From positions 517 to 64,516 of the forward strand of contig CAYJPO010000012.1 in NCBI GenBank assembly GCA_964372045.1: a stretch of DNA of 64,000 bases. The letters run 5' to 3'. This DNA comes from an uncultured Anaerolinea sp. Its GTDB lineage: Bacteria > Chloroflexota > Anaerolineae > Anaerolineales > Villigracilaceae. The position numbers were made by a program, and so were the translations under genes. Below the pieces are notes generated by a model. It saw only the letters and a program-made list of their open reading frames with translations. It did no database searches and was not told the DNA's origin. Below, in pieces: positions 17,933 to 26,455 of the stretch (position 1 is the stretch's first letter; each line of letters begins with the position of its first letter).

Positions 17933-19303
17933 ATGAGGAAATTATTTCTTTTAACATTTGTGTCGATATTGTTATTAGCGTCGTGTGGTCCCGCTGTTTT
18001 GCCTGAAGATGTCTATTTGGCGACACCAGTGGTCAATCCTGAGCCAAGCCATCTTCTTGCCTTGGTGACATTGGATGATCCCGGACTTCGGTTTGATCTG
18101 GACCAACTCGTCGAGATGACCGAGGATCGGACGAGCAAGGAAATTTTAAATCTGAAAGAATGGCATACCCAGCCAGTGATCCGGTGGAATGAGGAATCCC
18201 GATATTGGGTCATGTATTACGCAGTGGATCCCGTTGTGGCATCTCGAATTTATGCCCTGGTGAGTGTTTCCCAACAGCGCGCTCTGGATGAGCTTGAAAA
18301 ATTGAACATCGATTACGAGTCTCGTCTGCCCGTTAATCTCGAAGAGGGGATTACCCCGCTGGAGCCGGGTTGTCAGCCGTTCGAATGTGCGGTCTTAGTG
18401 GGCGCCGTTGAACCAGTTCTTTTATATTTATTTCCCGACCAGCAGGAGACCATCCTTGCTACGATCCTGGATGCGCGGACCTCTCTGCTCGCATCGGGGA
18501 CCATCCTTCCCTCAGACCTTGATGCGGCAGAAGAATTCGGCAGAGTGATCGGATCTGAGTTGGTTGCCGAGCGTATGAATGATGGATCAGCAGATGCGAA
18601 GACCATTGAATCCATGCCGGAAGGGGAAGGAATCTGGAAAATTGACCCCATCCGCACCAGACCTGAACAGCCTGGGTGGAGCAAGGTCACACCCTGGGTT
18701 CTCGTTTCTTCAGATCAATTTCGCGCGCCGCCTCCGCCGGAGTTTGGTTCGCCTGAGTTTGATGCCGCGGTCAATGAAGTGCGCCAGACTGTTCTGAATA
18801 GTACGCCGGGTCAAAAGGAGATCGCGATTTTCTGGTCAGATAAACGCGGCACGTACACGCCTGCGGGGCATTGGAATGCGACCACCGCAGAGATTATCAC
18901 TGAGTATCATTTGTCAGAACGGGATGCGAGCCATGTTTATGCGGCGTTGAATATGACGATGATGGATGCAGGCATAGCTTGTTGGGATAGCAAGTTCCAT
19001 TATTACGTTGTGCGCCCCTGGCAGGCAGACCCGTCGATCACGTCCCTGATCGGATATCCGAATCATCCATCCTATCCTTCCGGTCATAGTTGTTTCTCCG
19101 GCGCGGCAGCGGAGATCCTTGCCTATTTCTTCCCTTCGGAACGCGAATCCCTTTGGGCGATGGCGGAAGAAGCTTCGATTTCAAGGTTGTACGGCGGAAT
19201 CCATTATCGCTTTGACCTCATCGCCGGGAAAGAGCTCGGGCGTCAGGTGGCTTTACTTGTCCAGTCCAGTTTAACCCCATTGGCGTGGAGTGTGTTCCCA
19301 TAA
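17933..19303 (+). CDS. Vanadium haloperoxidase/PAP2-superfamily lipoprotein
   Basis: Lipobox LLASC; motifs KFHYYVVRP, HPSYPSGHS, SRLYGGIHYRFD; SD AGGAG. Confidence 0.85.
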   Translation: MRKLFLLTFVSILLLASCGPAVLPEDVYLATPVVNPEPSHLLALVTLDDPGLRFDLDQLVEMTEDRTSKEILNLKEWHTQPVIRWNEESRYWVMYYAVDPVVASRIYALVSVSQQRALDELEKLNIDYESRLPVNLEEGITPLEPGCQPFECAVLVGAVEPVLLYLFPDQQETILATILDARTSLLASGTILPSDLDAAEEFGRVIGSELVAERMNDGSADAKTIESMPEGEGIWKIDPIRTRPEQPGWSKVTPWVLVSSDQFRAPPPPEFGSPEFDAAVNEVRQTVLNSTPGQKEIAIFWSDKRGTYTPAGHWNATTAEIITEYHLSERDASHVYAALNMTMMDAGIACWDSKFHYYVVRPWQADPSITSLIGYPNHPSYPSGHSCFSGAAAEILAYFFPSERESLWAMAEEASISRLYGGIHYRFDLIAGKELGRQVALLVQSSLTPLAWSVFP

Positions 19304-19561
19304 GCAATATCGGATAATTTGGGTGATATAATCTTTAGTTATCTTATTATTCTATCCCTGTCATTCCAGCCCCATTGCTTCCATCAACAACAAGAATCAG
19401 GCGCCTTCGTCGTAGCTGCTGGTTCAAACCCTGGCATGGGATTTTTTTTTTACCTTTTGAAAAGTCCCTCATGAAGCGAAGGTAATCGAAAATGATACCT
19501 TCCAAGTCCAATGCCTCTTGTGCAAAAGGTTTATTCTCAAAGATCAACGATTGAGGTTCAG

Positions 19562-22500
19562 ATGCGATTTGTTTCGAAGATATTTTCATTGTTATTCATC
19601 GCAGTCCTGCTGGCGGGGATGGTGGGAATTCCAAATATGATCGGGAGGGCGCTTTCCACTTCCATTGACGATATTCCCGGTGCGTCGATCGCATTGGCGG
19701 ATAACAGTTGCGCGGCTCCGATCACCCGCAACATTGTCGTCGCTTCGAGTTTTATCATCGCTGATCTGAATGTGGGCGTCAATGTGGCTCACGACCGGCG
19801 CAGTGATGTGCGTGTCACATTGGAGTCCCCCTCGGGTACTCTCGTTGTGCTTATTTCAGGCGGCGGGCTTGGTTCGCCTGCGCTTGCCAGCCCGGACACA
19901 TATGAAAGTTATGATGTCCTTCTTGATGACACGAGCATTAACTCGCTCTATGATAATGACGCCGATGCCACCATCGCGCCGTTTTATGATCGAAACGCAC
20001 GCCCGTTCGAATTGTTGAATACGTTCAAGGGGGAGGATGCTCAAGGGACCTGGATCCTGCGCATTTGCGATACCCTGGCGGGCGGTGCGGGTGGTGCGAT
20101 CGTGGAGCAATATAATCGCACTCAGTTGAATTTTACAAGCGCAGACCCGAACACGATCTCCGGCACTGTCTTTACCGATTACAACGATAATGGACTGCGC
20201 GGGACTGGCGATCTTCCGGTGCAAGGGGTGACGGCGACAGCATATGATGATACAGGCGCGGTAGTCGGGACGGATGTCACCGATGCGAATGGCGCATATT
20301 CCCTGAACATTCCTGATGGAACGCAGGTCCGCATCGAGTTCTCGACCCTCCCGGCAGACCTGCGACCCGGCGCGTTCGGCAGGGACTCCGGGACGACCGT
20401 CCAATTTGTAACCAGCCCGGCGGCAGGTGTGGATATGGGCTTGGTAAACCCGGAAGAGTATTGCCAGAACAATCCTTTCCTTGTCATGCCATGTTATATC
20501 AATGGGGATCCGCTTGGCGGCGGCTCCGCTGGTACGTTGGATGTAGTCGTATCCATTCCAAATGATGCTTATGGTCGCACTGATGCCACAATTGAAAGAA
20601 CACTGGCGACTGGCGGACAGGTTGGTACAACATGGGGACTTGCCTATCAGCGGTCAACTCATACTGTTTACGCTGGTGCGTTGGCAAAACGGCATTCGGG
20701 GTTGGGAACTCTCGGATCTGGCGGTATCTATCGGATCGTAGTGGATCCGCAGACCGGTCTTTCAACTTCAGTATCATCTTTTATCGATATCACAACGCTC
20801 GGTATTCCGGTGGGAAGTCTGCCTTCGAATGCCGCGCGCGGACTTCCCGCTATTGCCAACACACCGAATACCGACCCGGTCTGGAATGAGATCGGAAAAG
20901 CCGCGCTCGGTGACCTGGACATCGGCGCGGATGACGATACGTTGTGGCTCGTCAATCTGGCGGATCAGTCTTTATACAGGCTCAATGACATCACTGCGGG
21001 TCCTGTCACAGCCGACGGACCGTATTCGGTCGCATCGGCATTATCTGGAGCAGGGTCTGTCAGCCCGAATGCGTGTCCCGCCGCATCGGATGTGCGTCCG
21101 TGGGCGGTCGAGGTCTACAAAGGGGAAGTGTATGTGGGCGTGGTCTGTACTGCCGAGACAACGCAAAACGTTTCGGACCTGCGTGCTTACATTATTAAGA
21201 CAAGTGAAGCAACGCCTGGGACGTTCACGTTGGCGTTCGAGTTCGCTTTGAACTATCCGCGTGGAGTGGTGAGCGATACAGACGGCGGGTACCCGGCGGA
21301 ATGGCGCCCGTGGTCACCGACCATAACTTCGCTGTGCGCGAATCCGTGTGCTACGACCAATGACCTCGCATTTGACGGTCAGATCATTTATCCCCAACCG
21401 ATCCTCTCCGATATCGAATTCGATACAAGCGGCGACCTGATTCTTGGGTTGATGGATCGCACGGGTCACCAGACCGGTAATAACAACTATGCCACCACGG
21501 TCCCCTGGGGTACCGTGACACTCTACAACAAGGATACTGGATATACCCCAACGGTCGTGAATTTCGCAGTCGACCCGGCGGGTTTGTACGAAGGCGCAGT
21601 GGCGGGCGATATTTTACGGGCATGTCTATCTGGTGGTGTCTTTGTTCTCGAAAATAATGCTACCTGCGGTAGTATCACCACCGGAGGCAACAACAGCGCG
21701 CCGGGACAGGGTCCGGGTAATGGTGAATATTATTGGCAGGATATGTACCCCGTCACAACTGACAAGGATGGTGGCAGTCATGATGAAGTGACTCTTGGTG
21801 GTTTGGTGCTTTTCCCCGGAACGGATGAGATCGCAGTATCCATGTATGACCCATTTGCCGTCCGTTCAGGCGGTATATCATGGTTCAGCAACACAACAGG
21901 CGTGCGGACGCGTGCCTATGAAATATTCGGCGTGGATTCCGGAGGCGGCTCGACCACATTCGGGAAAGCCGCAGGTATCGGCGATATAGAAGGCTTTTGC
22001 TACGGCGCACCGATCGAGATCGGAAACCGCGTCTGGAGCGATACGAACAACAATGGCATCCAGGAACCGAGCGAACTTCCCATCGCCGGTGTGGATGTGG
22101 AATTGCTTGATTCGGGTGGCAACGTGATTGCCACAGTGACCACCGACGCGAATGGCAACTATTTCTTTAGCTCCGGTCCCGGTACGGATTCTGGCAATCA
22201 GGAGTATTTGATCCCCGATCTGCTGCCAAACTCAAACTATACGGTTCGAATACCGAATATCTCTGGCGGAAGTCAGCAGCCTGCGCTTGCCGGGTTGTCC
22301 TTATCGCCGAACGATACGGACGCCGACCAACGCGACTCTGATGCCACGGTCAGCGGGACGAATGCGGTGATTCCGATCACAACGGGCAACCCGGGTGAAA
22401 ATAATCATACGTATGATTTTGGTTTTGGAAATGAAACGTACAGCCTGGGCAACCGGGTGTGGTATGACACAGACAACGACGGGCTGATCGACATTGGCAC

Positions 22501-25500
22501 GGAGCAGGGCGTGACCGGAGTGCGGGTCGAGTTGTACCTGGATGCGAATACCAACGGCGTCTTCGACGGAGGCGACACGTTCCAATCGTTCGACACGACC
22601 GATGCGAACGGCTACTACCGCTTCGACAACCTGCCCGCAGGCGAATACGTGGTGGTCATCCCGACCACACAGTTCGGAACGGGCGGCGCATTGGACGGCT
22701 ATTGGAGCAGCGGCACGCAGATCTCGAACACCGGAACGGTGAGCGACAGTACCGCCAACGACGCGGACGCGGATCTGGACGACAGCGACGAGAACGGCAT
22801 CAGCACATTGACCGGCAACAGCTTGAACTATGTCTCTTCGGCAGCGGTCACGCTCGGACCGGGCAGCCTTGAACCGCTGAACGAACCGGATGCGCCGAAC
22901 GGACAGGGCGCAGTGGACGGACGCGGGAATATGACCGTGGACTTCGGGTTCTACCGTGTGGAAGTGGGCGACCTGGTGTTCGTGGACTCGAACGACGACG
23001 GCGATTACGACGCGGGCACCGACACCCCCTTGGCAGGCGCGTTGGTGCAGTTGTACGCTGGCGATGGAACGACCGAGATCATCACCGGCGCGGACGGCAT
23101 CCCTGGCACAGCCGATGACAGTTTTGGACCGGATGGCATCTCGGGCAATGCGGACGATAACACGGGCGGTGTCTTGACCCCAGCCAATGGCTTATATGAA
23201 TTCAGCGGGCTGCCCGCAGGCGACTATGTGGTGAAGGTCACCCCGCCGACGGGCTACGCCAGCACGCGCGACACGTCGGATGCGACCGACACGGGCAACC
23301 CGAACACGAACACGGACAACAACGACAACGGCGTTGGCACGGGACCGGGACAGGTCACGAGCAACGTGGTGACGCTGACCCCGGGCAGTACCGGAGCGCA
23401 GAACAACAACACAGTAAGCCAACCGACCGGCACGACCACCAATCCCACCGTGGACTTCGGGTTCACACCGCTCAACTATAGCCTGGGCAACCGGGTGTGG
23501 TACGACACGGACAACGACGGGCTGATCGACATCGGCACGGAGCAGGGCGTGACCGGAGTGCGGGTCGAGTTGTATCTGGATGCGAATACCAACGGCGTCT
23601 TCGACGGAGGCGACACGTTCCAATCGTTCGACACGACCGATGCGAACGGCTACTACCGCTTCGACAACCTGCCCGCAGGCGAATACGTGGTGGTCATCCC
23701 GACCACACAGTTCGGAACGGGCGGCGCATTGGACGGCTATTGGAGCAGCGGCACGCAGATCTCGAACACCGGAACGGTGAGCGACAGTACCGCCAACGAC
23801 GCGGACGCGGATCTGGACGACAGCGACGAGAACGGCATCAGCACATTGACCGGCAACAGCTTGAACTATGTCTCTTCGGCAGCGGTCACGCTCGGACCGG
23901 GCAGCCTTGAACCGCTGAACGAACCGGATGCGCCGAACGGACAGGGCGCAGTGGACGGACGCGGGAATATGACCGTGGACTTCGGGTTCTACCGTGTGGA
24001 AGTGGGCGACCTGGTGTTCGTGGACTCGAACGACGACGGCGATTACGACGCGGGCACCGACACCCCCTTGGCAGGCGCGTTGGTGCAGTTGTACGCTGGC
24101 GATGGAACGACCGAGATCATCACCGGCGCGGACGGCATCCCTGGCACAGCCGATGACAGTTTTGGACCGGATGGCATCTCGGGCAATGCGGACGATAACA
24201 CGGGCGGTGTCTTGACCCCAGCCAATGGCTTATATGAATTCAGCGGGCTGCCCGCAGGCGACTATGTGGTGAAGGTCACCCCGCCGACGGGCTACGCCAG
24301 CACGCGCGACACGTCGGATGCGACCGACACGGGCAACCCGAACACGAACACGGACAACAACGACAACGGCGTTGGCACGGGACCGGGACAGGTCACGAGC
24401 AACGTGGTGACGCTGACCCCGGGCAGTACCGGAGCGCAGAACAACAACACAGTAAGCCAACCGACCGGCACGACCACCAATCCCACCGTGGACTTCGGGT
24501 TTAGGACCAGCACCGGCTTGAGCAAGTCGATCATTGATACCTCTGAGACGTTCACGAGTGGTTATAACCTGGCGATCGGAGAGATCGTCACCTATGAAGT
24601 TGCTTTTGATCTGCCGGTGGGTGTCCCACTGAATAATGTTACGGTGACCGACCGCATGGACAGAGGTCTGGCATACGTCGATTGTTTGTTGGTGCAAGTT
24701 GCTGGAGTGAATCAGACCGGGACCGTTTGTCCGACGGCTGTGGTTTCATCGATCACCAACCCCGGCGATTCAGTATCCAATCCCGCCAACCCCGGCAGAC
24801 AGGTTCTATTCAACCTCGGGAATATTCCGGCTCAGGGCGGGGTGTCGGCGGTCATCATCCGCTATCGCGCCATCGTGCTGGATGTCATCGAGAATCAAGC
24901 TGGCGGAACGTTGAACAATGATGTCGTTTTTGCGTGGGACGCCGGTTCGTTCTCCACAAGTGCGCCGGATGTAACCATCGTTGAAGCGGAAATGAACATC
25001 GCAAAAACCGTAACACCTTCGACCAATGTTGCGATCGGTACGCCGGTTCAGTTCACGCTGACGATCGGGCACAGTGCCCAAAGCGGTACAGACGCATTTG
25101 ATGTTGTGGTCACGGATATCGTGCCGCCCAGCTTGCAATATATTCCCTGTACTATTCAATACAGTGGATTGGCTCCCACGACTCCGCCGGTGGGTTCTGC
25201 TTTTTGCCCTGGAGCGGCAACAGACCTGACCTTCGAGTGGGATGTGTTCCCGCGCGGTCAGACTGCCACCATTACCTTCAATGCCTATTTGTTGGTTTCT
25301 CCGGCGACGAATGTCGGCTCGGTGGCGTGGACTTCTCTGCCGATCAACCTGGATCAGAATGGGCTTCCGCAGCTGCTCTCGCTCCACAACGCCGAATCGA
25401 CCGAGCGTTGGTATGACCCAGGTGACCCGGTCAATGTGTACGGCATATCTGCCAGCGCGGCGATCAATGCGGTTCCAGGGGTCTCTGATGAGGAAGTTGA

Positions 25501-26053
25501 ATTGCCCGACGAACTTCCAGACACGGGCTTTGTTCCCGGGTCATCGATTTCCCTTCCCAGGAATCCCGAGGAAGCGGCATACAAACAGACCGGGGTATGG
25601 TTGGAGATCCCCAAACTTGGCGTGAACACTCCCATCGTCGGTGTGCCTTTATTAGATGATGACTGGGATGTTTCCTGGTTGGGGAATAGCACTGGCTGGC
25701 TGGAAGGTACTGCCTTCCCGTCCTGGCAGGGGAACAGTGTTGTGACCGGGCATGTGACCCTGCCCGCTGGGAATGATGGTCCGTTTGCGGCATTGGGCAC
25801 CCTTGGCTGGGGAGACCGGGTCATCGTCCATGCTTATGGAAGTGAGTACATTTATGAAGTGCGCCAGACCCGCACGGTCAGTCCGTTCAATACGACCGTC
25901 TTGCAGCATGAAGATGAAGCCTGGCTGACCTTACTCACGTGCAAGACTTACATCAAGTCAGCGGACACCTATCTCAGCCGCATCGCAGTCCGGGCTGTGC
26001 TGATCGATGTTCGGGAGGATGAAGCGCCGACTCCATCCGGCAGCATCCGTTAG
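19562..26053 (+). CDS. Giant secreted adhesin-like protein 1: signal peptide, proprotein-convertase P domain, SdrD-B domains, propeller-like region, DUF11/isopeptide domains, LPDTG, C-terminal sortase domain
   Basis: Hydrophobic N-terminus; DLNVGVNVAH..SD..VTLESP / GTWILRICD (P domain); about 6 GNRVW/GDLVF...DFGF SdrD-B repeats; LPDTG at 25514-25528; sortase His 25751, TLLTC Cys 25940, Arg 25979. Confidence 0.88.
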   Translation: MRFVSKIFSLLFIAVLLAGMVGIPNMIGRALSTSIDDIPGASIALADNSCAAPITRNIVVASSFIIADLNVGVNVAHDRRSDVRVTLESPSGTLVVLISGGGLGSPALASPDTYESYDVLLDDTSINSLYDNDADATIAPFYDRNARPFELLNTFKGEDAQGTWILRICDTLAGGAGGAIVEQYNRTQLNFTSADPNTISGTVFTDYNDNGLRGTGDLPVQGVTATAYDDTGAVVGTDVTDANGAYSLNIPDGTQVRIEFSTLPADLRPGAFGRDSGTTVQFVTSPAAGVDMGLVNPEEYCQNNPFLVMPCYINGDPLGGGSAGTLDVVVSIPNDAYGRTDATIERTLATGGQVGTTWGLAYQRSTHTVYAGALAKRHSGLGTLGSGGIYRIVVDPQTGLSTSVSSFIDITTLGIPVGSLPSNAARGLPAIANTPNTDPVWNEIGKAALGDLDIGADDDTLWLVNLADQSLYRLNDITAGPVTADGPYSVASALSGAGSVSPNACPAASDVRPWAVEVYKGEVYVGVVCTAETTQNVSDLRAYIIKTSEATPGTFTLAFEFALNYPRGVVSDTDGGYPAEWRPWSPTITSLCANPCATTNDLAFDGQIIYPQPILSDIEFDTSGDLILGLMDRTGHQTGNNNYATTVPWGTVTLYNKDTGYTPTVVNFAVDPAGLYEGAVAGDILRACLSGGVFVLENNATCGSITTGGNNSAPGQGPGNGEYYWQDMYPVTTDKDGGSHDEVTLGGLVLFPGTDEIAVSMYDPFAVRSGGISWFSNTTGVRTRAYEIFGVDSGGGSTTFGKAAGIGDIEGFCYGAPIEIGNRVWSDTNNNGIQEPSELPIAGVDVELLDSGGNVIATVTTDANGNYFFSSGPGTDSGNQEYLIPDLLPNSNYTVRIPNISGGSQQPALAGLSLSPNDTDADQRDSDATVSGTNAVIPITTGNPGENNHTYDFGFGNETYSLGNRVWYDTDNDGLIDIGTEQGVTGVRVELYLDANTNGVFDGGDTFQSFDTTDANGYYRFDNLPAGEYVVVIPTTQFGTGGALDGYWSSGTQISNTGTVSDSTANDADADLDDSDENGISTLTGNSLNYVSSAAVTLGPGSLEPLNEPDAPNGQGAVDGRGNMTVDFGFYRVEVGDLVFVDSNDDGDYDAGTDTPLAGALVQLYAGDGTTEIITGADGIPGTADDSFGPDGISGNADDNTGGVLTPANGLYEFSGLPAGDYVVKVTPPTGYASTRDTSDATDTGNPNTNTDNNDNGVGTGPGQVTSNVVTLTPGSTGAQNNNTVSQPTGTTTNPTVDFGFTPLNYSLGNRVWYDTDNDGLIDIGTEQGVTGVRVELYLDANTNGVFDGGDTFQSFDTTDANGYYRFDNLPAGEYVVVIPTTQFGTGGALDGYWSSGTQISNTGTVSDSTANDADADLDDSDENGISTLTGNSLNYVSSAAVTLGPGSLEPLNEPDAPNGQGAVDGRGNMTVDFGFYRVEVGDLVFVDSNDDGDYDAGTDTPLAGALVQLYAGDGTTEIITGADGIPGTADDSFGPDGISGNADDNTGGVLTPANGLYEFSGLPAGDYVVKVTPPTGYASTRDTSDATDTGNPNTNTDNNDNGVGTGPGQVTSNVVTLTPGSTGAQNNNTVSQPTGTTTNPTVDFGFRTSTGLSKSIIDTSETFTSGYNLAIGEIVTYEVAFDLPVGVPLNNVTVTDRMDRGLAYVDCLLVQVAGVNQTGTVCPTAVVSSITNPGDSVSNPANPGRQVLFNLGNIPAQGGVSAVIIRYRAIVLDVIENQAGGTLNNDVVFAWDAGSFSTSAPDVTIVEAEMNIAKTVTPSTNVAIGTPVQFTLTIGHSAQSGTDAFDVVVTDIVPPSLQYIPCTIQYSGLAPTTPPVGSAFCPGAATDLTFEWDVFPRGQTATITFNAYLLVSPATNVGSVAWTSLPINLDQNGLPQLLSLHNAESTERWYDPGDPVNVYGISASAAINAVPGVSDEEVELPDELPDTGFVPGSSISLPRNPEEAAYKQTGVWLEIPKLGVNTPIVGVPLLDDDWDVSWLGNSTGWLEGTAFPSWQGNSVVTGHVTLPAGNDGPFAALGTLGWGDRVIVHAYGSEYIYEVRQTRTVSPFNTTVLQHEDEAWLTLLTCKTYIKSADTYLSRIAVRAVLIDVREDEAPTPSGSIR
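22442..24501 (+). repeat. Near-perfect intragenic tandem duplication, period 1038 bp (346 aa, two SdrD-B domains)
   Basis: 22442-23463 versus 23480-24501; four synonymous differences seen in the first ~100 bp; alternate-frame ORFs in the track recur at +1038. Confidence 0.95.
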
Positions 26054-26087
26054 AGATTAGCAGATCCCTTTCATCTTTAACAAAATT

Positions 26088-26117
26088 AGGAGCGACCGAT
26101 CTCGGTCGCTCCTTTTG
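26088..26117 (+). terminator. Intrinsic terminator after adhesin 1
   Basis: 11-bp stem aggagcgaccg/cggtcgctcct followed by tttt. Confidence 0.9.
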
Positions 26118-26194
26118 ATTTCAAACAGGAAAGAAGCAGAATTTTTCGAGGCTGTGTAGACAATATTGCCTTTCATAACTGTGATTTTCATCTG

Positions 26195-26223
26195 TTGACC
26201 CTAGTACTAATTAGCTATAAAAT
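26195..26223 (+). promoter_or_regulatory. Sigma70 promoter of adhesin 2
   Basis: TTGACC(26195)-N17-TAAAAT(26218), about 20 nt upstream of the riboswitch aptamer. Confidence 0.7.
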
Positions 26224-26242
26224 ATATTAATAATCATCTTAA

Positions 26243-26336
26243 CTTACGGATGCACAGACCCAATGCGGGAATTGGTCGCATATCCAACTCAATTTGGATA
26301 CGCATTGGCGAGCAAAACAGCGAAACCGGCCGTAAG
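26243..26336 (+). ncRNA. c-di-GMP-II riboswitch aptamer
   Basis: P1 cttacgg/ccgtaag; kink-turn tgc-aca-GA / GA-gca; P3 ccaatgcg/cgcattgg; pseudoknot GG-TCGC (26274-26279) pairing GCGA-AA-CC (26320-26327), the same geometry as GG-GCAC/GUGC-AA-CC of known class II aptamers. Confidence 0.82.
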
Positions 26337-26360
26337 CCGTTATTGCTGTTTTATTTTCTT
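26314..26360 (+). terminator. Riboswitch expression-platform terminator overlapping the aptamer 3' half
   Basis: aaaacagcga..cggc-cgtaa-gccg..ttgctgtttt followed by attttctt; mutually exclusive with P1 and the pseudoknot. Confidence 0.75.
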
Positions 26361-26455
26361 AGTGACCCGGTGTGGAAAATTATATATTAGTGGTACCAGT
26401 GTAAAAAATTTATTCCAAAAAATTTATAGCTGAGATTCGGGCAGCCCATTTTTTT

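Noticed and set aside
19470-19510. GAAA-containing hairpin as a c-di-GMP-I (GEMM) aptamer before adhesin 1
   Set aside because: Lacks GGCAAA and GACGCAAA, and the GAAA loop is not closed by C-G.
25514-26053. Sortase fusions as frameshift or readthrough artefacts
   Set aside because: Occur twice with the same 23-aa conserved linker, and no internal SD, start or signal anchor precedes either sortase domain.
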